Below, piece after piece: positions 32,077 to 40,694 of a stretch of 64,000 nt of DNA. Every line of letters begins with the position of its first letter. Within the stretch, counting starts at the first letter, position 1. The DNA is from an uncultured Clostridia bacterium (GTDB lineage Bacteria > Bacillota > Clostridia > Oscillospirales > CAG-272). Both the position numbers and the translations under genes were made by a program. The stretch lies in contig CALWQR010000001.1 of assembly GCA_944383705.1 (NCBI GenBank), positions 18,718 through 82,717 of the forward strand, read 5' to 3'. Below the pieces are notes generated by a model. It saw only the letters and a program-made list of their open reading frames with translations. It was not told where the DNA came from and did not search any database.

Positions 32077-34652
32077 GGCTGTTACATCTCGACATCGAAA
32101 ATTTCGGCCGGCTGCAGGGCTATTCGCTGGACCTGCGGGAGGGGCTGAACGTCCTGCACGAAAAAAACGGCTGGGGAAAGAGCACACTGGCAGTATTTAT
32201 AAAGGCGATGCTCTATGGTCTGCCGGCCACTACCAAGCGCAGCCTGGACCGCAACGAACGGAAAAAATATACGCCCTGGCAGGGGGGCGCCTATGGCGGA
32301 AGCCTGGAATTTGAATGCGAAAAGGGGCGCTTCCGGGTGGAGCGCATCTTCGCGGCCAGGGAGGCCGATGACGAATTCCGGCTCTTTGATCTGTCCACCA
32401 ACCGGCCCTCGTCGGCCTTTTCCCCGGCGCTGGGGACCGAACTGCTGGGCATTGACGCCGAGGGCTTTGAGCGCAGCGCCTACCTCTCGCAGCAGGGCAT
32501 GGACCTGCAGGAGGGGAACGCCTCGGTCACGGCCAAGCTGACCGGTCTGCTGGAGGAGGTCAACGACATGGGCAGCTTTGAGGAGGCCGTGCGGGCGCTG
32601 GACCGCCGCCGGCAGTACTATGAGGTAAAGGGCGGCCGCGGCAGGGTGCCGGACCTGCAGCGGGAGCTGATCGAGCAGAAGGCCGACCTGGAACAGCGGC
32701 GGGCCCTGCTGCCCGGGCAGGAGCAGCTGGAACGGGAGCTGGCCGAGTGTCTGCGGCAGCGGAAGCTGGCAGAGCAGGAGGAGGAAACGCTGCGGCGGAG
32801 CCTGGAGCGTGCCGGCAAGGAGAGCGCCCGGCGGGAGGAGTACGAACGGATGCGCCAGCGTCTGCAGGACGCCGAGCGGCAGCGGCAAGAGCTGCTTGAC
32901 GCCTTCCGCGACCGGCAGCTCCCCACCGACGCGGAGCTGTCCGACGCCCGGGCACGGCTGCAGGATTACCGCACGGCCAAGGCCGCACGGGAGGCCTGCC
33001 GGCTGTCGGAGCGGGAGAGCGCCGAGCTGGAGCGCCTGCGGCGGGCCTATCCCCCGGACGGGCCGGCCGGGCAGGCGCTGAAGGCCGTGCAGGAAAACCT
33101 GCAGCATCTGACCGACGCCGGCGCCCGTCTGCGCGCCGCGCAGACGCCGTCCGATACGCCCGAGCAGCGCCGCTTCCGCGGGACCGGCATCCCCTCCCAG
33201 CCGATGCTGGACGAGGCGGCCGAACAGCTCCGGCGGGCCGACGAGCTGCAAAAGCAAATCCATGAGGCGCAAAATACCCAGCCGCCCCCCGCCCGGCGGC
33301 GCATTCCCCTGCCGGTTCCGGTTGCCGCCCTGCTGGCCGCCGCGGCGGCGGGAATTGCCGGGCTTGCGCTGACCGCCTATCGGGTCCCCCTGCTGGCCGC
33401 CTGCGGCGTGCTGGCGCTGGTCGGCGTCCTGACCCTGATTCTTGGCGGAAAGCACACCGACACCTCTGCCGTGGAGGCCGAGCAGCAGCTGGCCGCCTCG
33501 CTGAAGGCCGAGCAGGAAAAGCTGCTGGGCTTTGTGCGGGGTCTGCTTACCCGCTACGGGATGCTGCCGGCCTCGGGAGACTTCCGTGCGGCCCTGGCCG
33601 AGCTGAAAATGCTTGCCGCGCGGGCACAGGCCGACGCGGCAAGGCAGCAGAAGCAGCAGGCCGATGCCGAGGCGCTGCGCCTGGAGGCCGAGGGCTACCG
33701 CATGGCAGTGGCAGAGGGGCTGCGCAGCTTCGGCGTCAATCCCCTGCCGGCCGACCCGCAGGAGGCGCTGCTGCGCATCCGCGCCGAGCTGAACCAGCGC
33801 CGGCAGCTGTCCGAAAAGCAGGCGCAGGCCGAGCGGCGGCTGGCCGAGGCAGACGCGGATCTGCGCGCGCGGCAGGAAAACCTGGGCGCCTTTCTCGGCC
33901 GCCTGACCGAACGCACGGGCAACCAGCCCGAGCAGGTGCTGAGCCGGATGGAATATCTGGTGCAGGAGCACGCGCGCCTGCTGGAGGAGACCGGCCGCCA
34001 GCGCCGGGAGCTGCAGCGGTTTGGCGAGCAGAACCGGCTGGAGGGATCCGCAACCGGTCCGGACGCGCAGGAGCTGCGCGCGCGGCTGGATGCACAGAAG
34101 CGCCGGCTGGAGGAGCTGCGGGAGCAGGAGACGGACGGCAGCCGCAGACTGGACCGGCTGACCGCGCAGACGCAGGACATCCCCGCGCTGGAGGATCTGG
34201 TAAACAGCCTCTCTGAGGAGCTGCGCACCGCGCAGGACAATCTGGACACGCTGCGCCGCACCGAAAGCTTTCTGTCCGAATCCCGGGAGGCGCTTTCCAC
34301 CCGCTATCTGGACGGAATGCAGCGGCATTTTACGCACTACTGCGCGCTGCTGGGAGGCGCGGACGCCCCGGCGGCCCAGCTGGACACCGCGCTTTCCGTT
34401 ACGGTGCGGGAGGGCGGACGCAGCCAGAAGCTGGAAAGCTACAGCCGGGGCAGTCGCGACATGCTGCTGTTTTGCGCCCGCCTGGCCCTGACCCGCGCGA
34501 TGTTCCCTGCGGGGGAGGCGCCCTTCCTGCTGCTGGACGACCCGTTTGTCAACCTGGACGAGGAGCACCTCTCCGCGGCCCGGGCGCTGCTGGACCGGCT
34601 GGCAGAAGAGCTGCAGATTCTGTATTTTGTCTGCCACGTGGGCAGGGCCTGA
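32073..34652 (+). CDS. SbcC/YhaN-like AAA ATPase with a long coiled coil
   Basis: MRLLHLDIENFGRL..EKNGWGKSTL (Walker A). Long Glu/Arg/Leu/Gln-rich middle with two hydrophobic helices. C-terminal LLLDDPFVNLD (Walker B). ATGA overlap with the upstream gene. Confidence 0.8.
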   Translation: MRLLHLDIENFGRLQGYSLDLREGLNVLHEKNGWGKSTLAVFIKAMLYGLPATTKRSLDRNERKKYTPWQGGAYGGSLEFECEKGRFRVERIFAAREADDEFRLFDLSTNRPSSAFSPALGTELLGIDAEGFERSAYLSQQGMDLQEGNASVTAKLTGLLEEVNDMGSFEEAVRALDRRRQYYEVKGGRGRVPDLQRELIEQKADLEQRRALLPGQEQLERELAECLRQRKLAEQEEETLRRSLERAGKESARREEYERMRQRLQDAERQRQELLDAFRDRQLPTDAELSDARARLQDYRTAKAAREACRLSERESAELERLRRAYPPDGPAGQALKAVQENLQHLTDAGARLRAAQTPSDTPEQRRFRGTGIPSQPMLDEAAEQLRRADELQKQIHEAQNTQPPPARRRIPLPVPVAALLAAAAAGIAGLALTAYRVPLLAACGVLALVGVLTLILGGKHTDTSAVEAEQQLAASLKAEQEKLLGFVRGLLTRYGMLPASGDFRAALAELKMLAARAQADAARQQKQQADAEALRLEAEGYRMAVAEGLRSFGVNPLPADPQEALLRIRAELNQRRQLSEKQAQAERRLAEADADLRARQENLGAFLGRLTERTGNQPEQVLSRMEYLVQEHARLLEETGRQRRELQRFGEQNRLEGSATGPDAQELRARLDAQKRRLEELREQETDGSRRLDRLTAQTQDIPALEDLVNSLSEELRTAQDNLDTLRRTESFLSESREALSTRYLDGMQRHFTHYCALLGGADAPAAQLDTALSVTVREGGRSQKLESYSRGSRDMLLFCARLALTRAMFPAGEAPFLLLDDPFVNLDEEHLSAARALLDRLAEELQILYFVCHVGRA

Positions 34653-34736
34653 CCCCTGTCCCGGGCAACCAACATCCCGCCCTCCCGGGAAGCCGGGCCG
34701 GGCGGGACATATCACCACCATCCGGAGGCATTCATC

Positions 34737-35393
34737 ATGAGCGAAGAAGAAAAAATCATAGCCGGCGTTCTGTTCTGCCCCGCCGACCCCGACCTGAAGG
34801 CGATCAAGCGCCGGACGCACAACCTCAATCTGGACTACAACAAGACCTATGAGGACGAGACCGAGCTGCGCGACCGGCTGATCCGCGAAATTGTGGGGGA
34901 AATCGGCGAGGGGAGCTTTTTGCAGGGCCCTGTCTGGTTTCATTACGGAAAGCACACCACCATCGGCAAACGGCTGTTTGCCAACTTCAACTTTACGGTG
35001 CAGGACGACGCGCCGGTGACCATCGGCGATGACTGCAACTTCGGCCCCAACGTCACCATTGTCACCCCGCTGCACCCCATGCTGGCAGGGGAGCGCAACG
35101 CCATGCGCACGCCAAAGGGCGAAATCCGGCGGCTGTGCTACGCCAGGCCGGTGCACATCGGCAGCGGCTGCTGGTTCGGCGCGGGCGTGACGGTATGCCC
35201 CGGCGTGACTATTGGCGACGGCTGTGTCATCGGCGCGGGCAGCGTGGTCACGCGGGATATCCCGGCCGGCTGCTTTGCCGCAGGCGTGCCCTGCCGTGTC
35301 ATCCGGCAGCTGGGGGAGGCCGACAGCATGGTCAACCACCCGGAGATTCTGGCCGGGAACCGCGTCATCGGACGGGAGGATGAAAACCGCTGA
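34737..35393 (+). CDS. Sugar (maltose/galactoside-type) O-acetyltransferase, hexapeptide repeat
   Basis: Mac-type N-terminus plus LbH: TIGDDCNFGPNVTI..HIGSGCWFGAGVTVCPGVTIGDGCVIGAGSVV. GGAGG RBS. Confidence 0.75.
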   Translation: MSEEEKIIAGVLFCPADPDLKAIKRRTHNLNLDYNKTYEDETELRDRLIREIVGEIGEGSFLQGPVWFHYGKHTTIGKRLFANFNFTVQDDAPVTIGDDCNFGPNVTIVTPLHPMLAGERNAMRTPKGEIRRLCYARPVHIGSGCWFGAGVTVCPGVTIGDGCVIGAGSVVTRDIPAGCFAAGVPCRVIRQLGEADSMVNHPEILAGNRVIGREDENR

Positions 35394-36589
35394 TGTATAC
35401 GCTCTTACTTGCCGTCATTTATCTCGCATTCGTCAGTCTCGGCCTGCCCGATTCGCTGCTGGGCTCGGCCTGGCCGGTCATGCAACAGTCCTTTGCCGTG
35501 CCGCTCTCCTACGCCGGGGTGGTCACCATGATCATCTCGGGCTGCACCATCCTCTCCAGCCTCTGCTCGGAACGCATGACCCACCGTCTGGGCACCCGGG
35601 CCGTGACCGTGGCCAGCGTGCTGCTCACCGCGGTGTCGCTGCTCGGCTTTTCGATGTCCTCCGCCTTCTGGATGCTCTGCCTCTGGGCCGTTCCCTATGG
35701 CCTGGGCGCCGGGGCTATCGACGCCGCGCTGAACAATTATGTCGCCCTGCACTATTCCTCCCGGCAGATGAGCTGGCTGCACTGCTTCTGGGGCGTTGGC
35801 ACCATCATCAGTCCCTATATCATGAGCCACTCGCTCACACATGCCGGCTGGCAGAGCGGCTACCGCACGGTGGCCCTGATTCAGTTCTGCATCCTGGGGG
35901 TGCTGCTGCTCACGCTGCCGCTCTGGAAGGCAAACCGTCCGGCCGACGGCGCGGCCGATTCCCAGGGCGAGGTGCTGGGGCTGCGGCGGGTTTTGCGGAT
36001 CCGCGGCGTGCCCTTTCTGCTGACCGGCTTTTTTGCCTACTGCGCGGCCGAATCGACCGTGGGACTGTGGGCCAGCAGCTATCTGGTTGGTGTGCGGCAG
36101 GTGTCCGAGGAGCTGGCCGCCGCCTTCGGCTCGCTGTTCTACATCGGCATCACGGCCGGGCGCTTTCTCTCCGGGCTGGTCTCGGACCGGCTGGGCGACC
36201 GGCGCCTGATCCGCATCGGCGCAGGCGTCGGCGCGGTCGGCATCCTCTGCCTGCTGCTGCCGCTCCCCTCCGATTGGCCCGCCCTGTGCGGACTGGTGGT
36301 CATCGGGCTGGGGTTTGCGCCCATATACCCCTGCATCATCCATTCCACCCCGCATAATTTCGGGGCGAAAAATTCCCAGGCCATCATCGGCATCCAGATG
36401 GCCAGCGCCTATATCGGCTCCACCTTCATACCCCCGCTGTTCGGTCTTGCCGCCAACCACGTCAGCATCCGGCTGCTCCCCATCTTCCTCATCGTTTTCG
36501 TCCTCCTGATGGTATTCATGCTGGAGCAAACCAACCGCACGGTGGGGGATGGATACCTGGAGGAAAAGACCTTGGAGAGACCCGCCTAG
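35393..36589 (+). CDS. MFS transporter
   Basis: About 12 predicted hydrophobic segments. Start overlaps the upstream stop. The last ~8 codons (EEKTLERPA) and the stop lie inside the left terminus of the mosaic repeat. Confidence 0.8.
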   Translation: MYTLLLAVIYLAFVSLGLPDSLLGSAWPVMQQSFAVPLSYAGVVTMIISGCTILSSLCSERMTHRLGTRAVTVASVLLTAVSLLGFSMSSAFWMLCLWAVPYGLGAGAIDAALNNYVALHYSSRQMSWLHCFWGVGTIISPYIMSHSLTHAGWQSGYRTVALIQFCILGVLLLTLPLWKANRPADGAADSQGEVLGLRRVLRIRGVPFLLTGFFAYCAAESTVGLWASSYLVGVRQVSEELAAAFGSLFYIGITAGRFLSGLVSDRLGDRRLIRIGAGVGAVGILCLLLPLPSDWPALCGLVVIGLGFAPIYPCIIHSTPHNFGAKNSQAIIGIQMASAYIGSTFIPPLFGLAANHVSIRLLPIFLIVFVLLMVFMLEQTNRTVGDGYLEEKTLERPA

Positions 36590-37268
36590 GAAGACTCCCC
36601 CGGGCGGTACAGACCGGGTAACTTCTTGCATCTTTTCCGTCATGCATCGCAAGCCGTCTACAAGCGTAGCTTGTTGCAATAAGGGTCAACTATTGCCGTT
36701 GGCGGTTTGCTCGCCTGACGAAAAATCTGCTAGCGGAGAGCCGCAAGCGGCACCCGCCCCGCCCCACCCGGTGAAGCCTTTCGGAGAGGCCGGTCCCTCG
36801 GGGGCCTCCCCCCGGCAAGACCTTCCCTAGCCACCGCCCGCCTCTTTGGTATAAACGCCAATGCCAGCGCTCCGCCGGCGGGCGGCAGCCGGGGAAGCCC
36901 TTTTTCAGAGGGAGGTAAGCAAAAAAATAAGAGCATATCGCCATACAATACAAAGCGATTTGCCCTGCATATCAGAAAACCGGACAGCCGCCATGGGTTG
37001 TCCGGTTTTTGATGATATATTCCTATGTAACATACCAACTGTTGCCCTTGCTTTTGACTGTCCACTCTGCGCATTGCTCATTGCAAATTGCACATTGCCA
37101 ATTGTCTATCCGCTACCAAAAGAAATTCCCCGGCACAGGCCCCCGGGCATACTGTATTTACAATACTGTATGCAAAACTGGGGGCCTTGCGCCGGGGAAG
37201 GTCTCGCAGGGGGAGACCCCCGAGGGGTGTGCCTCTCCTGAAGAGGCCAACCCCTCCAAGGTCTTCTT
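36564..37268. mobile_element. ORF-less mosaic repeat (MITE/BIME-like) bounded by inverted termini, copy 1 (~705 bp)
   Basis: Left end AAAAGACCTTGGAGAGACCCGCC (36565-36587). Right end GGCCAACCCCTCCAAGGTCTTCTTT (37246-37268), inverted. The interior shares blocks with 44143..45200 and carries a 78-nt palindromic unit at 37122-37200. Confidence 0.7.
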
Positions 37269-37277
37269 TGAAGAACT

Positions 37278-37655
37278 TTAGAACATGCCGCCGTTGTATT
37301 TGGTCTGGATCCGGTGGCAGAAGATGTAGTCCACCACAATGCCGACGACGAGAATCCCGAGGCCGATGAGGGCAAGCGGGATTTCCGGCTGCACCAGCAT
37401 CAGCACGCCGCAGGCAACCAGCGGCAGGCACAGGCAAATCAGGGCAATGCCGTTGGCCTTTGCGTAGCGACGCAGATCGGTCACCCGGTTCAGGGCGTAG
37501 TCATAAATCAGGTCGTACCCGCCCAGGCAGGTCATAATGCCCGCCAGAAGGAGCAGCGCGGCAAAAACGAACATCAGAACCGCATAAAGAATCATAACCA
37601 GTTCATCCTTTCTTTCCGGCAATCCCGGATATCTGTCATACATATTGTACCACAA
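37278..37655 (-). CDS. Small hypothetical membrane protein
   Basis: Hydrophobic segments MILYAVLMFVFAALLLLAGIMTCLG, GIALICLCLPLVACGVLMLV and LALIGLGILVVGIVV. The start may be ATG 37595. Confidence 0.5.
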   Translation of the reverse strand: MWYNMYDRYPGLPERKDELVMILYAVLMFVFAALLLLAGIMTCLGGYDLIYDYALNRVTDLRRYAKANGIALICLCLPLVACGVLMLVQPEIPLALIGLGILVVGIVVDYIFCHRIQTKYNGGMF

Positions 37656-37864
37656 AAATTGTCTCCCGTCAAGAGCAATCCGGCAAATTTATGCGTTGTC
37701 TGCGGATTTTTCCGGCTGGGACGGCCGGACGAACGCCGGCCGGGCGGGGCGGCCTTCCCCGCTCCGGGGCCGGGCTACCGGTATGCGCGGCGCAGGCCGG
37801 CTGCGTCCGGACACAGGCAGGCGGACGAAAAAAGCGAGCGCACAAAATTTTTTTCGCAAAAGGC

Positions 37865-37893
37865 TTGACAAAAGCGGGCGGATATGGTATAAT
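37865..37893 (+). promoter_or_regulatory. Perfect consensus promoter (TTGACA-17-TATAAT) of the tRNA pair
   Basis: TTGACA at 37865-37870 and TATAAT at 37888-37893. Confidence 0.7.
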
Positions 37894-37932
37894 ATCAGCG
37901 TTCCGGAGCCAGATGCTCCGCGGGCAGCCGCC

Positions 37933-38007
37933 GCTGGTGTGGCTCAATGGCAGAGCAGCTGATTTGTAATCAGCAGGTTGTTGGTTCGACTCCGATCACC
38001 AGCTCCA
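37933..38007 (+). tRNA. tRNA-Thr (anticodon UGU), CCA encoded
   Basis: Hand-folded cloverleaf: acceptor GCTGGTG/CACCAGC, D arm GCTC..GAGC, anticodon stem GCTGA/TCAGC with loop TTTGTAA, T arm GTTGG-TTCGACT-CCGAT, discriminator T, then CCA. Confidence 0.9.
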
Positions 38008-38037
38008 ATGAGTCCACCGAAGGGTGGACTTTGATAT

Positions 38038-38123
38038 GGGAGATTTCCCGAGTGGCCAAAGGGGGCAGACTGTAAATCTGTTGTCGTTTGACTTCGGTGG
38101 TCCGAATCCACCATCTCCCACCA
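38038..38123 (+). tRNA. tRNA-Tyr (anticodon GUA), class II long variable arm, CCA encoded
   Basis: Acceptor GGGAGAT/ATCTCCC, anticodon loop CTGTAAA, variable arm GTC-gttt-GAC, T arm GGTGG-TCCGAAT-CCACC, discriminator A, then CCA. Confidence 0.85.
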
Positions 38124-38158
38124 AAAAAGCAGGCTTCACACGAAGTCTGCTTTTTGCT
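38124..38158 (+). terminator. Terminator after the tRNA pair
   Basis: AAAAAAGCAGGCTTC-acac-GAAGTCTGCTTTTTG. Confidence 0.7.
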
Positions 38159-38272
38159 TTGCCTGCGGCAAAGCCGCACGGCAGCGGCGGATGCGCCCAT
38201 GCGGGCGGAAAAGCCTGCGGGAGGGCGCTTGTCCGGCATGGAGCCCTCCCGCGGGGTTTCTCCTCCAGGGAG

Positions 38273-38965
38273 TCAGCTCCCCGCCAGCGCCTCCAGCAGG
38301 GCGGGAAGCTCGCACAGGCGGCGGAAGGAGGCATCGGGCGCCGGTTCGGGCAGCGGCGCACCGGCGGGATTGTACCACACCGTGCGGATGCCGGCATTCC
38401 GGCCGCCGGCAATGTCCGAGGTCAGGCTGTCCCCTACGATGACGGTCTGCTCCCGCCGGAAATCCGGAATGCGGGCGAAGCAGGCGTTGAAGTAGGCCGG
38501 GTCGGGCTTGTCGGCCCCCAGCTCCTGTGAGATGAAGACGTCCGAGAGATACCGCCCGATGCCGGCGCGGCGGAGCCGCTCCCGCTGCACCTGCCGGTTG
38601 CCATTGGAGGCGATGTAAAGCCGGTAGCGCGCGGAAAGGTCGCGCAGCAGCTCCTCCGCCCCCGCAATCAGGTGGCACTGACGGCCCAGCTCGGTCACAT
38701 AGCGCTCCGAAACCGCCGCGGGCGAGAGCGCCAGGCCGAACTCGGCAAACAGCCGCTCATAGCGCAGCAGCATCAGCGCGTCCCGGGTAATCCGCTTTTG
38801 CTCCAGCAGCTTCCAGCATTCGGCATTGATGGCGCTGTAGCGCGCCAGCAGAGCGGGGGTCGGAGGCACACCATAGGCAGAGAGCGCGGCCGAGAGCGCC
38901 TCGCGCTCGGACAGGTGAAAATCGAACAGGGTATCGTCCGCATCCAGCAAAACATTCCGGATCAT
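38273..38965 (-). CDS. HAD-superfamily hydrolase (YjjG-like nucleotidase type)
   Basis: MIRNVLLDADDTLFDF (DxDxT motif I), SNG motif II region, and VGDSLTSDIAGG (motif IV). Confidence 0.75.
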   Translation of the reverse strand: MIRNVLLDADDTLFDFHLSEREALSAALSAYGVPPTPALLARYSAINAECWKLLEQKRITRDALMLLRYERLFAEFGLALSPAAVSERYVTELGRQCHLIAGAEELLRDLSARYRLYIASNGNRQVQRERLRRAGIGRYLSDVFISQELGADKPDPAYFNACFARIPDFRREQTVIVGDSLTSDIAGGRNAGIRTVWYNPAGAPLPEPAPDASFRRLCELPALLEALAGS

Positions 38966-38966
38966 T

Positions 38967-39524
38967 TCACATCTCCTTTTTGTGGATTTTCCGTACCGGC
39001 CAACGCAGATACAGGAGGGTCAGAACGGCAAGCAGCAGGTCCGGCAGCCGGACACGGTCAAACAGAATGGCCGCGTACAGCAGCATACAGGCCGGAATGC
39101 CAATGGCAACCAGCCAGGCAAGCCATCCCCTGCCCTTCCCGTACCACGCGGCAAAGGCAAACAGAGGCGTCAGGCAGGCAAAGGCCGACCAGCCATAGAT
39201 AAACGCCGCCCCGTAGACGCTCCCGGTCAGGTGAGCGGTCAGATAATAGGAGGCCAGCATTCCGGCCGCGAACAGGAACACATACGCCCCTGCGCGCAGG
39301 GGGGAACGGCTGCCCGCGGCAATCAGGGTACACAGAAAGATCCAGACCGAAAGCTGTGAAAACAAATTGCCGGGATTTTGTGTGAAAATATCCAGCAGCT
39401 TGATTCCCACGCCCACGGCCAGCCCCGCGCAAAGCAGGAGAGCGCACCAACCCGCAAAGCGCAGGCGGGAGGGCCCGGCTCCGCACGGCCGTACCGTTTG
39501 CAGAAAGGCTTTGAGCTTCTCCAT
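38967..39524 (-). CDS. Hypothetical polytopic membrane protein
   Basis: Five to six hydrophobic segments. GGAAGGA RBS before ATG 39524. No family recognised. Confidence 0.55.
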   Translation of the reverse strand: MEKLKAFLQTVRPCGAGPSRLRFAGWCALLLCAGLAVGVGIKLLDIFTQNPGNLFSQLSVWIFLCTLIAAGSRSPLRAGAYVFLFAAGMLASYYLTAHLTGSVYGAAFIYGWSAFACLTPLFAFAAWYGKGRGWLAWLVAIGIPACMLLYAAILFDRVRLPDLLLAVLTLLYLRWPVRKIHKKEM

Positions 39525-39601
39525 TCGTTTTTCCTTCCGTTTCTCCTTCCGGAACCGTCGGGCGGTTCTTTTTTGTATTTAGCCCCCATGAGGCGGTATA
39601 A

Positions 39602-40627
39602 TCAGTATCCCAGATAGAGGATGGTTTCACACAGCTCGGGGTAGGACATTCCCACCGCGGCCGCCTCCTGCGGCAGCAGGCTCTGCGGAGTCATGCCGGG
39701 CAGCGAGTTGGCCTCAAGACACCAGAGCCTCCCCTGCCGGTCCAGCATGAAGTCCAGCCGGGCGTAATGCTTCAGCCGCAGCGCGGCAAAGCCCAAAAGC
39801 GCCAGCCGCCCCAGCTCCGCGGTGACCTCCGGGTCCAGCTCGGCCGGGCAGACCTCGCGCGTGGTGCCCTGATATTTGTTTTTGTAATCGTAAAAGCCCT
39901 GCTGCGGGATGATTTCCACCGGGGGCAGCACCCGGCCGCCCAGCACCCCGATGGTCAGCTCCCGGCCGATGATCCTGCGTTCCACAAGAACCCGCCGGTC
40001 CCAGCACGCCGCGCCGGCAAGCGCCGCGGCAAGCTGCTCCCGGGTATCCACCATGGAAACCCCTACGCTCGAGCCGCAGCTGCAGGGCTTGACCACGCAG
40101 GGCAGACCGATCTGCGCGAGCACATCCTCCGGGGAATCCCGGCCGGCGTCCACATCCATCCAGTCCGGCGTGGGAACGCCCGCATCCCGCAGCAGCCGCT
40201 TGGACAGATCCTTATCCATCGACAGCAGGCAGCCCGTATAATCCGAGCCGGTGTAGCCGATGCCGCAGCTGTCCAGAAAGGCCTGGAGCTGCCCGTTCTC
40301 CCCCATGGCGCCGTGCAGAGCGAGAAAGACGCGGTCGGCCAGGCGGCAAAGCTCGGGCACGTTGGGGCCGACCAGCGCGTTGCCGATGCCCACACGGGCC
40401 CGCAGCGCGGCCAGGTCCGGCACCTCCTCGCGGATGTCGTACCGGTAGGCACGGTCGCGGCGGAACAGCGCCCCGGGGTCGGCCGGCAGAACCGGCATTC
40501 CCTCATACACATCCAGCAGCAGCACGCGGTGCCCCTTTTCCATCAGCGCGTTTGCAATCAGACTCCCCGAGCAGAGCGACACCTCGCGTTCCGGGGAAAG
40601 CCCACCGGCCAGCACAACAACCTTCAT
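39602..40627 (-). CDS. ddl: D-alanine--D-alanine ligase
   Basis: MKVVVLAGGLSPEREVSLCSGSLIANAL..ALHGAMGENGQLQAFLD..VVKPCSCGSSVGVS..LEANSLPGMT. Start re-set to ATG 40627. Confidence 0.85.
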   Translation of the reverse strand: MKVVVLAGGLSPEREVSLCSGSLIANALMEKGHRVLLLDVYEGMPVLPADPGALFRRDRAYRYDIREEVPDLAALRARVGIGNALVGPNVPELCRLADRVFLALHGAMGENGQLQAFLDSCGIGYTGSDYTGCLLSMDKDLSKRLLRDAGVPTPDWMDVDAGRDSPEDVLAQIGLPCVVKPCSCGSSVGVSMVDTREQLAAALAGAACWDRRVLVERRIIGRELTIGVLGGRVLPPVEIIPQQGFYDYKNKYQGTTREVCPAELDPEVTAELGRLALLGFAALRLKHYARLDFMLDRQGRLWCLEANSLPGMTPQSLLPQEAAAVGMSYPELCETILYLGY

Positions 40628-40694
40628 TCCGTCATCCACCTTTCCGGCGCCCGCCGGACGCGCCTGCGTCCCCCGGCAACCCATGTATTCCCCA

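Noticed and set aside
36564-37268. Known structured RNAs (group II intron remnant, tmRNA, SRP RNA, RNase P, 6S, OLE-like) or a retron msr/msd inside the mosaic repeats; also track ORFs such as 36730..37074 - and 44348..44737 -
   Set aside because: I could not find any of the hallmark conserved strings of those RNAs. No reverse transcriptase is nearby. The ORFs lack RBS, differ between the two repeat copies and translate into low-complexity sequence.
37865-38965. Integrative element / genomic island inserted at the tRNA-Thr/tRNA-Tyr locus
   Set aside because: No integrase, no direct repeat of the tRNA 3' end and no phage or ICE genes downstream. The following genes (HAD hydrolase, ddl, prmC) are housekeeping with normal composition.
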